A DNA stretch of 64,000 nt from Candidatus Poribacteria bacterium (GCA_965215015.1 OZ244042.1:4832001-4896000), one strand, 5' to 3'; shown: positions 50,201-58,714, counted from the first letter of the stretch. A program made the numbers and translations. The notes: generated from the sequence alone by a model not told the origin.

Positions 50201-52465
50201 TAGGTGTGCTTTTTTAACCGCTCCGGCTGTAAGTCCTTCCTCTAGGTGAAGGGGTATCCGACGTAGGTGGCTTCCTGCCCGTCCGCGGGACTGCCCTTGC
50301 GTTTGTACGGTGACCTGATACACACCGGGTCTAAGATACTGCTGTACCAAAGCGTTGCGTCCGATGCCATTCTGCTTGGCGGTAAACAATTCAGTAATAA
50401 GTGCTGTCCGCACCGTCAACTGAGTCGCGAGGCGTCCACTCGTCTCCAAACGGTAAAGGCTCGGCTTCTCTACGATAAGGGTGAAATGCTGCTTTTGCTT
50501 GCGCTCAAAATTGGCATATAGCGGTTTCTGTTCGGTGAGCTGTGGAAATGACTTGGGTTGCTTTAACCGATTCTTTAGGTCCTCCAATGTCAATTCTGAA
50601 GGCGGCTCGGCGGGAATCGTCTTTAAGGTAAAGAGCGTTGTATCTGTCCCTGCGTTTTCCAGGTTTAACCTATGCGAGCCGGGCGATAGAATCGAATTAG
50701 GGGACAACGTACGTCCTTCTGCGGTCAAAAGGATGGGGGTTTCTTTGTCCCTTTCAATAACAAGGGTGGACCGCTGACTGACACTAATAGAAACCGGGGC
50801 CGATTGCCCTGGGTTCAGGATTATAGGCAGTGGTTCGCTTAAATCCATTGGCAACGGGCGAATGATTATCCCTGTGGCGACATTGTGCCGATGATTCAGC
50901 CGGAGCGTATATTGTCCGCGGTATTGGGGTAGGGTGACTTCGGGCAGCAATAGGCTCTGTTTTCGAGCAGCTAAGGAAAGCGTCTGGAAATCAGTTGCCT
51001 CCGCATCCTTTTGGCGTAATATAAAAGAAAGAATCCCCTTCAATTCATCGGGTCGTATCGTGAGTTTATAGAAGCCTTGAGTGAGGGTCAAGGCTGTACC
51101 CGGCGACTGAAATGGCGGAGATTGGTAGTTTCTGGGATAGCTCACCATAAAGGGTTCTATCCGGTAACGCCCCCTTGCCCCAGAAGCCTCGTCCTCCTCA
51201 ATCACATAGGTGCCAGCGTCTTCTAACTTGAGAAACAAACTGGTTTCACTCAACAGATTGAATTTCCCCGTAACCAGAGGTGTGTTTAATCCAACGTGCA
51301 CTATCTGTGAATCCACCGGCGTCTGCTGCTCCGGATGGCTAAGAATTCCCGTAACATCGATAGCGTCGCGCCCCTCTACCGAATGCAGGGAGGAAATCCA
51401 GTAATCACCTCTTTTTTGAGAAAAAGAGAAGGTATCCCTTTGGGCGGGGAAATAGGTCAGAACGACTCGGTCGCCGGGAGTTCCCTGAACGGTGACCCAC
51501 TTTTTTTGTTTCCTATCTGATGTCCGAACAACCGCCGAAGGGGTTCGGGATTCCTTTGTAATGGATACCCAATCCCTACCACCATGCCGGTGGCTTACCC
51601 TATGGCTCCACCTCTTCACCGATAATGTTGTCGCTTTTTTATCTGCCCGCGAGATTTGGAAGAAGTCAGTTTTCGCCGGGGAGACATAAGCGTCCCGACC
51701 GAAAGGGGAAAGTGTGATAATCTGCTTGCCACTTGCGCCCAGTTCGCGGTATCCCATACGCAGAAAAAAGGGGTACGCCCCCGAATCATCAGTCCACGCC
51801 GGTGTTGCGCCACCATAAAATGTCAGCCGGTATATCCCCGGGTTGAGGTCATGATAAAATTCCGCGTAGCCCATCGGTTGACCGCTGACCGGCTCATAGG
51901 TTGAGAATCTAGGCTTTATATCCTCAAGCCAAATCCCGTCACGCCACAAACCGCAATCTTTGAGGTTTCGCCCGATTGCCTCCAGTCGCAGAACCCGCCG
52001 CTTTTTAAGATGCAGCCAGAACGACTGTTGTTGCAAATCTCCCAGCGAGCCGCTTTCAATCTGACGGGTATCAAGTGAGAGGAGTTTGTCGGACGATCCA
52101 ATCTCCACAAATGGGTGTGCAGCCAGTTTCAATGTGCCCACACCTTCTTTATGAGACTGCAAGCGGATTTTATAAATACCCTTGTCCAGTAGCAGGTCAA
52201 GGCGTCCATCCTGCTCACCCGCGCTTCCCGCGGTAGCGAAAGGGCCCGCCATCCGGTCCACAATTTCGATTTCCGTGCCCTGATTGCTTTGGGCTTGTAA
52301 ACTATAGCGGCCCGGAATAGTGATGTGAAGCAGTGTTTCGTTCAGCCCGTGGGCAGCAAATTCAGTTTGACCTAGATGCGGCAATCCCTCCTGTCCAAAA
52401 ACCGAAGCCGAAAGGGTCATACCGACAAAAATGAGCCCCAGTGTTCTCCACGTTTTCCCTAACAT
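47273..52465 (-). CDS. ~1730-aa secreted protein of tandem PPC-like beta-sandwich repeats
   Basis: Start moved to MLGKTWRTLG (GGAG RBS, signal peptide ending near SASVFG). Repeated F.L.I...G.Y.L...L.PG.Y.L.V units; no recognisable catalytic motif. Confidence 0.7.
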   Translation of the reverse strand: MLGKTWRTLGLIFVGMTLSASVFGQEGLPHLGQTEFAAHGLNETLLHITIPGRYSLQAQSNQGTEIEIVDRMAGPFATAGSAGEQDGRLDLLLDKGIYKIRLQSHKEGVGTLKLAAHPFVEIGSSDKLLSLDTRQIESGSLGDLQQQSFWLHLKKRRVLRLEAIGRNLKDCGLWRDGIWLEDIKPRFSTYEPVSGQPMGYAEFYHDLNPGIYRLTFYGGATPAWTDDSGAYPFFLRMGYRELGASGKQIITLSPFGRDAYVSPAKTDFFQISRADKKATTLSVKRWSHRVSHRHGGRDWVSITKESRTPSAVVRTSDRKQKKWVTVQGTPGDRVVLTYFPAQRDTFSFSQKRGDYWISSLHSVEGRDAIDVTGILSHPEQQTPVDSQIVHVGLNTPLVTGKFNLLSETSLFLKLEDAGTYVIEEDEASGARGRYRIEPFMVSYPRNYQSPPFQSPGTALTLTQGFYKLTIRPDELKGILSFILRQKDAEATDFQTLSLAARKQSLLLPEVTLPQYRGQYTLRLNHRHNVATGIIIRPLPMDLSEPLPIILNPGQSAPVSISVSQRSTLVIERDKETPILLTAEGRTLSPNSILSPGSHRLNLENAGTDTTLFTLKTIPAEPPSELTLEDLKNRLKQPKSFPQLTEQKPLYANFERKQKQHFTLIVEKPSLYRLETSGRLATQLTVRTALITELFTAKQNGIGRNALVQQYLRPGVYQVTVQTQGQSRGRAGSHLRRIPLHLEEGLTAGAVKKAHLKPDVALRYTLTIDESGRYDLRTLGLGKNFANRLEDKEEWPLTKPGGKKIAAQHFEPGVYYYYSLPLPVESTRITTLTRITEKQERVGKGPHPIPFNETVKMMWREEEGGPPDIFATEITAPVDVTINLSGGMEGIIRLRGGADDGRIIAGDSTWQDTLQPGQYEIAVKSVREDNLLPYTLRVETSQLIPGLRQSVSLPADLIVRLGQPGIVDIFSFGPTDVKASLWDETGTRLLAQNDDMPNDWNFRISQRLAPGRYLLKLVPVGRNYGTVHVTMKSREQYALPERGFPPFTVEENLGEKVLAVPFRIDNANILVGVSVNAFPSPDRNGMGKLGVALLKGAHTLYEGKFDATQSSRFYIPLQAETSYQILVWRLGDFAGEVTLDVAPVMPKPVSVLRGQTELLWPPYAEPIALELTDANQSSYWARESTGALLQFSSTLEHPFETVMDAPVVMDNGRGWLILSPYEKTQHLTLEPFALATGTIRTVELGQLPFAFDLVNDADGPLLLEVDSIGDQIGAMTYISEDRFRSKFHWGGMGMAPSKTVAAVPSKGKYRAKIWQTRETIETEKVHLSTHTFQQKERIKFGKTLSYEGPLQPGSAKAFVLDKSRQTYNLLLTRGLVAFVWDGKQTVSLVAAHGNTQRLITVPGGELFIVNRGDAAGLFRIEKQRESAETVQKFDSKQGFEDVFAEAGTMSLLIKEVKDQKELFVAGDMVKGRLVGNDGIIREGERFQANRARGILELSYGPGYVKVWEAKPQEKDWAFMGKKPRRVKGLSDGLATLANRSQRWRFGLECPAYIIADVDAPGVTALLLDQKVLTTSVGSSKGRQLRYFLPAGAYQLWTRPLRGTAQAGDIRLLKIFPKPLDTAFDSPRLIRPGEIQVFAFNVTVKGKVGVGIRTESDRLDAKLYDNQFKQLASSPVMVQEMEIGDYLLTVETIPQVSVPIQYTPVVLGHTGSRQEIPEKIIDGYLTQTAADE

Positions 52466-52474
52466 GTCGTTGCT

Positions 52475-52751
52475 CCAATTAACGGGTTCCATTGTTTGTG
52501 CATACGGTTTATCAAGGGTGGAGTCGCCTATGACCAAAACCCCTTGGTCCTTTTTGACATAAGGCGATGCTTTTTGCCACAACAGTTATCAATTAGGATT
52601 CAGTCGATACAGCAATTGATTTCAGCGAGTCATGAACGAGTGGGTTGTTGTTGGGAGTGCGGACTCTGGCTGCCTCTGTACAGCTGTAATATCTGGGCGT
52701 GGCAACCAGAAAGTTGATATAATCATAGGCAGTGCATTTAGCTGGATTCAT
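52475..52751 (-). pseudogene. IS701-family transposase 5' remnant
   Basis: MNPAKCTAYDYINFLVA.P..YSCTEAARV, then after a break GVLVIGDSTLDKPYA; truncated. Confidence 0.7.
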
Positions 52752-52757
52752 AGACTG

Positions 52758-52853
52758 TTAGGAGTTACACATTTCAGTTCATAGTAGCCCGTTCGTATGG
52801 TTCTCCCCTGCTTGCGGGGGAGTTAGAGGGGGTATAGTCAAGTGCCTAACTCC
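52758..52853. mobile_element. MITE-like element, same TIR family as 7917 and 42253; right end clipped by an IS
   Basis: ttaggagttacacatttca ... tcaagtgcctaactcc with internal cccctgcttgcggggg. Confidence 0.6.
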
Positions 52854-53153
52854 CTCACTTACCCCCATTTTTTTTTGGTGTGTCATGTTGGTTGTTTTTG
52901 CGGGGTATAGATGTGAGAAATTGTTGCCGCGGTGCCGTTCCGGCGCCGGGCGCTTCCTATCTACTGGCACCTCTACACCGATGCTGAGATTCAACAGTTG
53001 ACCTATACCCGCCATAATGAGATTATCCAACGCTTTTGTCTGACACTGTATCAAAAGACGCAAGCGATTTTACCGCCCCCGTGTGAACCGACGTTGATAT
53101 TCGATAGAGGCTTTGCGCGTGCTAAATATGTGATAAAGTTTCTCAAGGCATAA
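52854..53153 (+). mobile_element. Internally deleted, truncated copy of the IS4-like element at 18858
   Basis: Same left TIR, joined directly to a highly similar transposase segment (cf. ~19347-19578); no right end. Confidence 0.88.
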
Positions 53154-53162
53154 CCTAAAAAA

Positions 53163-53524
53163 TCTGAATCAGGATTTTCAGGATTTAAGGATTAACAGGA
53201 GGATATGAATCCAATTGATACCGACTACAAGGCTTCAATTTTTTCGTCTTGTGTACGTATGTCTTTTCGCTTTTGACGATTGAGCGAATCTTCTCAATGT
53301 CTGCTGCGGTCAGGGTGCTGAACGCGGGGACAGCAAAGAGATGAAGTCTGAATCAGGATTTTCAGGATTTAAGGATTAACAGGAGGATATGAATCCAATT
53401 GATACCGACTACAAGGCTTCAATTTTTTCGTCTTGTGTACGTATGTCTTTTCGCTTTTGACGATTGAGCGAATCTTCTCAATGTCTGCTGCGGTCCGGGT
53501 GCTGAACGCGGGGACAGCAAAGAG
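53163..53524. repeat. Direct repeat, 2 x 178 bp
   Basis: 53163-53340 and 53347-53524, one mismatch seen. Each unit is a fragment of the small gene plus a tctgaatcaggatt repeat. Confidence 0.9.
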
Positions 53525-53560
53525 TAGAGATGTTACGCTCAAAACTGTGATTAACTGCAT
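53369..53560 (-). pseudogene. Deleted and frameshifted paralog of the 142-aa gene
   Basis: Same N-terminus up to IRSIVK, then an out-of-frame join to RKDIRTQDEK-coding DNA. Confidence 0.7.
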
Positions 53561-53637
53561 TTTAGGCTACTTTGGTTGGGTCATTTTCCCAAATCCAGCC
53601 GGTATGTGAGGGCGTAGTTGATGGTCAAGTCTAAGCC

Positions 53638-54066
53638 CTAAGATCTAACAATGTGTTCTTGCTTGCGTATTTCGATCTCCTGCTGCAAGGCTTCAATCTG
53701 TTTTTGCTGCGCTTCGATTTTTTCGTCTTGTGTACGTATATCTTTTCGCTGCATGGCGACGATGATTTGTGGTATCCCGATGACCACGGCAATGAAAGCT
53801 ACCAAAGCCATGACCAGCATAAAAATGTGGTTTAATCGTTCCCCTAACGATTTGGTTTCGCCGGTCAGGCGTTTGTCCATCTCTTCAATTTTGATGTTGA
53901 CTTTTGCAATTTCTTGTGAGATGTACTCTTTCATTCGCGCTTCGGAGGCGGTGCCTTCCTCTTTGACGATTGAGCGAATCTTCTCAATGTCTGCTGCGGT
54001 CAGGTCGCTGAACGCGGGGACAGCAAAGAGTAAAGATATTACGCTCAAAACTGTGATTAATTTCAT
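53638..54066 (-). CDS. Signal peptide + coiled coil + TM + coiled coil protein (142 aa)
   Basis: Signal peptide ending PAFS, heptad segments, TM IFMLVMALVAFIAVVIGIP; RBS aggag. Confidence 0.75.
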   Translation of the reverse strand: MKLITVLSVISLLFAVPAFSDLTAADIEKIRSIVKEEGTASEARMKEYISQEIAKVNIKIEEMDKRLTGETKSLGERLNHIFMLVMALVAFIAVVIGIPQIIVAMQRKDIRTQDEKIEAQQKQIEALQQEIEIRKQEHIVRS

Positions 54067-54266
54067 TTTAGGCTCCTTATGTCTTTTCGCTGCATGGCGA
54101 CGATGATTTGTGGTATCCCGATGACTACGGCAATGAAAGCTACCAAAGCCATGACTAGCATTTTGACGATTGAGCGAATCTTCTCAATGTCTGCTGCGGT
54201 CCGGGTGCTGAACGCGGGGACAGCAAAGAGTAGAGATGTTACGCTCAAAACTGTGATTAACTGCAT
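54063..54266 (-). CDS. In-frame deletion paralog (67 aa) of the 142-aa gene
   Basis: IRSIVK joined in frame to MLVMAL; stop overlaps the next start (ATGA). Confidence 0.5.
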   Translation of the reverse strand: MQLITVLSVTSLLFAVPAFSTRTAADIEKIRSIVKMLVMALVAFIAVVIGIPQIIVAMQRKDIRSLK

Positions 54267-54286
54267 TTTAGGCTACTTTGGTTGGG

Positions 54287-57200
54287 TCAGTTTCCCAACC
54301 CCAGCCGGTATTTGATGTCGTAGTTGATGATGAAGTCTAATTCTTCGTCGGTGAAGCCGTAGTGCTGGGCGAGTACCCGGTCAATTTCGTCCATGATGGG
54401 CTTGGAATGACGCGGAGAAAATTCGTCATAGACGACGCGTCCGGTGGTTTGGTAATAAGTCTCCTTGCGCTGGGCGTGGCGTCTTAAATCTATCATCAGG
54501 TCAGCGGAAATTCCTGAAAGACTGTGCTTTATCGCCTTTGCTATTTTATCAACACCAATTGGGAAATGTCTAATCTCACGTAAATTCAAGTGGCGGCAGT
54601 CAGAGAGAAGAATAAACCACCAATAAAAGAGTGAACTATTCAAAGTCGCCATGGCTACGGCTGCATCTAATTCTGTTGTTACGTACAGAAGCTTGACCTG
54701 AGTCGATATACCCTCTCCATCCCGTTCGTTCTCAAAGTAAGGAGCAAAGTCCATTGCTCTAATCCAGTAGCGCGGTGAGTTATGGAAATATATTGTGTAA
54801 GAAGTTCGGTTCGTGGCAAGGCACGTACCTAAAACTGGGAATTGAGCTAATTTTTTCCAAATACTTTGTTCAATTCCACTGTATATTTTAGGTAAGGAAT
54901 TTTGAAACGATATTTGAGTAATATCTATATGTTCGATAACATCAAAAAGATGTGGGCGAAACTGTTCATGCCATCTATTATACCGAGAGGTGTATAATGC
55001 GGGAGACACCTGTGAGCCCTGTTGAACGATGTAAATCGCTAACCTTTGATTTGCTCCCACAAACAATTTTGTTGGCGCGGTACCGTATGTTTGCACCCAC
55101 CCAACTCGTCTAGAACGATGAAATAAATCTTGAAGAGATGACATCCTATCGGTACAGTAAGCTGAGTGTGGAATTATCATCGATTTCCAACCGTTTTGCT
55201 GAAGAAGATGGAAACTTCTTTCAAATATAAACGCATACAAGTTTCCACAACTCTCCGTGTCATACCCTCTAATCTTGTACTCCTGTTTCACCTTGCTATA
55301 TTCTACATACGGTGGATTGCCGATAATTACATCAAAGCCACCGTCCTTGAGAATGCCGTAAAACTCAATGAACCAGTGAAACGGTTTGTGGGAAGATAGC
55401 CACTTCTGGTAAGCAGCTTTCTTGTTCGCATCTACGCCGTACTCTCCAGAGAGGTATCGGTTGAGTTCATCTTCTAACACTTTAAGTTTATCGCGTAACG
55501 CCTGTTTATCATCAGGTGTCACCGCACCGCCCAATTCTGTCTGTTGCAGACGAAACTGTTCAAATAGGTGCTCGACATCCTCCGCCTTTTCTTGGAGGCT
55601 TTCCATGGTGTTGTCGAAGTCTATTCTATTTTCTGTGACCGCTTTTTCTACTTCGTCGTATGTCGCATAGCCGACGAGTGTATTCCCCGCTTGTATATTA
55701 AAGTCGATGTCGGGCAGCGGTTCAATCCGTTGCCCGTCCTCAATCTGTGCCACCATTTTGAGGAAGAGCCGCAACTTGCAGATTTCTATCGCCTCCTCCA
55801 TAATGTCTACACCGTAAAGGTTGTTGATAATAATTGACTTGAGGATGAAATAGCGGCGGTTGGGGTGTTGATCGATGCTTTTAAGGATTTTGCGGAAATC
55901 TCTACCCCCCCGCAAGGGGGGCGAGTGTTGTAGATCGTCAAGGAATATTTCCATCCGATCCAGACACGCTTCGTAGAGCGGTTCAAGGATATTGAGGGCG
56001 GCAAACAGGAACGCGCCGGAACCGCAGGTCGGATCGAGGATGGTCACCTGAGTGATGGCTTTCCAGAAGGCGCGCAGTAGCTCGGGCCCTTCACAATTTT
56101 CGATTACGTCCTGTGCGAATTGACGGATGTCGAGGTTATAGGTAATGAGTGCATTAACCTCATCTATTTCGCCGTTTGACAGCTGGGTGTGAACTGCTTC
56201 GTATCGGCTCCGCCGTGCGACGGTCTCTCGCCATGTTTCGGTCGGCAAAGCGTATTCATCGGGCGCAAGTGTGTTCCACCGTCCGCGTTTGGATACATCG
56301 TCAATCCCTGCCGCAATCTCCGGCGGCAGATCTCCTTTGACACCTGTTTTGACAGCATCGTAGATGTAACGGTCTGGGTTGTCTTGTAACAGTCCCCAGA
56401 CACTTGCTTCCCCCTCGAAAGCGATTTTACACTCCTTGCGTGCGGCATCAAACAGGAACGGAATCACCGTATTTTTGCTGATATACTCCGTGATGTCCTC
56501 TTTGGTGTAGTACGCACCCATCTGCTTCTGGTTGATATATTTTTCAAAGATGTAACCGAGGACATCGGGGTTAATCTCGTTATCGTTCCGTAATGGACGT
56601 TCATCGAGGTGCCATTGATAATCTTCAAAGAAGTTAAAAAGCTTCTCGAATGCAACATCAGCAATTTGAATCCTTTCCCCATAAAGTTCTTCAAGTTGGT
56701 GCCGTTGGAAGATGCCGCCGTTCAGGTAAGGCACTTTTCCGAGCAAGCGATGTATCTCTCTGCTCCGTTCCGTTTCTGGTTTTGCAAATCCCTCAAAGAA
56801 GAGTGGACAGAGAAAATCGGTGTAGTATTGATCATTACCGTTGACTTGGCTCCCTGTCAGCTTGGTCCTCAAATAGTCAGTATCGTCGTTCAGGAAGTGC
56901 TTCTTCTGAATAAAGTAGATGAACATCAAGCGATTCAACATCACCGAGGCGTACCAGCGTTCCATCTCTTGATCGGGAATCCCTTCGAGAAAATTGAGGA
57001 ACTGGGCGTGTTCCGTCTTGAAACGGTCATAAAATCGTTTGGTCACGCGTTCCACGTCAAAAGCTGCCCGAACGCGCCCGGTGACGTCCAGCAGTGTGAT
57101 GTCTTCTTCCTCGTCGAAGCTAACAGCAATCATTTTCAGTTTTTGAATTAGGGACTCACCGGACTGTTCAGAATCGTAACGGTGTTCAGGACATGCGATC

Positions 57201-57532
57201 GGTCTTCCCGGCTCCCGTTTGGCCAATTGCCAAATCTGTGTGGTTCTCTCAGTGTTAGTATAAATAATGAGGTGTTCGTGGACAGATTTGGCGACCTCCC
57301 GTTGAATTTTACGCCGGGTCGCATAATCTGGAATATTTCCATCGGTCCGTGCCGCGCAGTGAAAGACAACCATCCCACGTTTCTCGGCAATTGCGGTCAA
57401 TAGGTGTTCGCTTTCATCAATGGTAATGTTGAGACTTTGTGTGTGGTAATCCCAACCGAGCTCTTCAATCAGGAGCGTTTCAAATTCAAAGGCTCCAAGG
57501 AGTTGGCGGGTCTGGGCGCGATTAATTGGCAT
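54287..57532 (-). CDS. Large gamma-class N6-adenine DNA methyltransferase (Eco57I/Type IIG-like) with C-terminal TRD
   Basis: LNGGIF, GAYYT, ILDPTCGSGAFL, YGVDI, IGNPPY, then an AT-richer TRD and an LDFIINYDIKYRLG tail. Confidence 0.9.
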   Translation of the reverse strand: MPINRAQTRQLLGAFEFETLLIEELGWDYHTQSLNITIDESEHLLTAIAEKRGMVVFHCAARTDGNIPDYATRRKIQREVAKSVHEHLIIYTNTERTTQIWQLAKREPGRPIACPEHRYDSEQSGESLIQKLKMIAVSFDEEEDITLLDVTGRVRAAFDVERVTKRFYDRFKTEHAQFLNFLEGIPDQEMERWYASVMLNRLMFIYFIQKKHFLNDDTDYLRTKLTGSQVNGNDQYYTDFLCPLFFEGFAKPETERSREIHRLLGKVPYLNGGIFQRHQLEELYGERIQIADVAFEKLFNFFEDYQWHLDERPLRNDNEINPDVLGYIFEKYINQKQMGAYYTKEDITEYISKNTVIPFLFDAARKECKIAFEGEASVWGLLQDNPDRYIYDAVKTGVKGDLPPEIAAGIDDVSKRGRWNTLAPDEYALPTETWRETVARRSRYEAVHTQLSNGEIDEVNALITYNLDIRQFAQDVIENCEGPELLRAFWKAITQVTILDPTCGSGAFLFAALNILEPLYEACLDRMEIFLDDLQHSPPLRGGRDFRKILKSIDQHPNRRYFILKSIIINNLYGVDIMEEAIEICKLRLFLKMVAQIEDGQRIEPLPDIDFNIQAGNTLVGYATYDEVEKAVTENRIDFDNTMESLQEKAEDVEHLFEQFRLQQTELGGAVTPDDKQALRDKLKVLEDELNRYLSGEYGVDANKKAAYQKWLSSHKPFHWFIEFYGILKDGGFDVIIGNPPYVEYSKVKQEYKIRGYDTESCGNLYAFIFERSFHLLQQNGWKSMIIPHSAYCTDRMSSLQDLFHRSRRVGWVQTYGTAPTKLFVGANQRLAIYIVQQGSQVSPALYTSRYNRWHEQFRPHLFDVIEHIDITQISFQNSLPKIYSGIEQSIWKKLAQFPVLGTCLATNRTSYTIYFHNSPRYWIRAMDFAPYFENERDGEGISTQVKLLYVTTELDAAVAMATLNSSLFYWWFILLSDCRHLNLREIRHFPIGVDKIAKAIKHSLSGISADLMIDLRRHAQRKETYYQTTGRVVYDEFSPRHSKPIMDEIDRVLAQHYGFTDEELDFIINYDIKYRLGLGN

Positions 57533-57581
57533 CGGTGTTCTCTCCTTCGCTGGGGGTAAATGAACTAACTCCTACTTAAAA

Positions 57582-57610
57582 ATAATAGCATACTTATTAC
57601 TATTCGTCAA
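57582..57610 (-). promoter_or_regulatory. sigma70-like promoter of the methyltransferase
   Basis: TTGACG-17 bp-TATTAT with extended TGn. Confidence 0.6.
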
Positions 57611-58000
57611 ACCAGAGCATAAAAAGAAAGTTGTTGACAGATAGGTGATTTTCCGTTGCAGTTCTAGCGGTTAAATTCGTAAATAGACTTACGGCATAGT
57701 TTTGCTAACAGAAAGGAAGGGAGGTCAATTGGATGAGGGGTGCTTATAATAATTGTCAGAATCTAGGAAGGGTCAAGGAATGTGTGAAGTACTGTATACC
57801 GTTTTGGGGGCAGTCATCGGCACACAGACTAGCACTGGCAAATGAAATGCTGGGATGTGGGAAATTGGGCGGGAGATAGACCAATTCAGATCGATCGGAA
57901 GAGTGAAGGGGTTACACAGGATGGGGAGAGAAACCGGATTCGCGCTTTCCAAATCTGCCTCTATATGCTGGTTTCCCATTTGTTTGTTTATCTTGTTTGT

Positions 58001-58714
58001 TTATCGCTTTTTCAACGCGCCCCACGTCATCGCTAGTTTTCCCTTTGGCTCCACAGCGACCACAATTCCATCAATGGCGATGTTGTAGTCGATGAGTTCA
58101 AAAGTAACATCGTTGCTGCTGAGGGCTTTCACTATACCGATATCCGGAGCGAGCCACATGGTGCTTTGTTGAGAAAATCTGATGAGACCTGATGAAGAAA
58201 GGTGCTGCTCAATTTCCAAACAACCTTGAAAGGTTCCCGCTGGCACCGTGATAGGTTCAACATCGACAACCTTGGCGACGTTGGTCACTTCGATGGATAT
58301 GATGCCTAGGCTAGCTTCGCCGGTCACTGTCCATTCTGAACCCAATTCAACTGGAATAGGTAGAAAGGTCTCGGGCGGGGAATAGTCAATTGAAACATCA
58401 AACCCTGCGACCGTTGCGGTCGCTCGAGATATCAGAACACCATCCGGTTTGGATTTGATAAAGAACTTATTCGTATTGTCCCCTGTTCGATCTGAAATGA
58501 CTTTCAACGATTCAGCACCGATGGTTTCGGGCCCCTCAATTGTGATAATTCTCTCTGTGCCTCCGTCAGTGCTCTGTAAAACCCAAGTATTCCCGAATTC
58601 ATCTGGATAATAGTTCTGTGTATGACCGTCCGAAACCGGAGCGCACACAATTACAATTGATAAAAGGAAGATAAAACAGTAACGATAACTGGTAGTGAAA
58701 AATCGAGTTTTCAT
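58001..58714 (-). CDS. Secreted beta-rich protein with C-terminal AVEPKGKLAMTWGALK motif
   Basis: Signal peptide, YYP...G.TW, ITVPAGTF, W.APDIG.VK (DUF3108-like). Confidence 0.7.
   Translation of the reverse strand: MKTRFFTTSYRYCFIFLLSIVIVCAPVSDGHTQNYYPDEFGNTWVLQSTDGGTERIITIEGPETIGAESLKVISDRTGDNTNKFFIKSKPDGVLISRATATVAGFDVSIDYSPPETFLPIPVELGSEWTVTGEASLGIISIEVTNVAKVVDVEPITVPAGTFQGCLEIEQHLSSSGLIRFSQQSTMWLAPDIGIVKALSSNDVTFELIDYNIAIDGIVVAVEPKGKLAMTWGALKKR

Noticed and set aside
52466-52582. First 39 aa of the 1769-aa ORF as part of the protein
   Set aside because: They match IS701 transposase sequence (DSTLDKPYA). The RBS and signal peptide point to a start at 52465.
53163-53524. CRISPR array
   Set aside because: Two 178-bp units of gene-derived sequence with no unique spacers; no cas genes.
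53575-54345. Diversity-generating retroelement TR/VR pair (MTase tail vs its duplicate)
   Set aside because: Only 3 of the 8 differences are at adenines of the gene copy, the repeat is short, and no reverse transcriptase gene is in the window.
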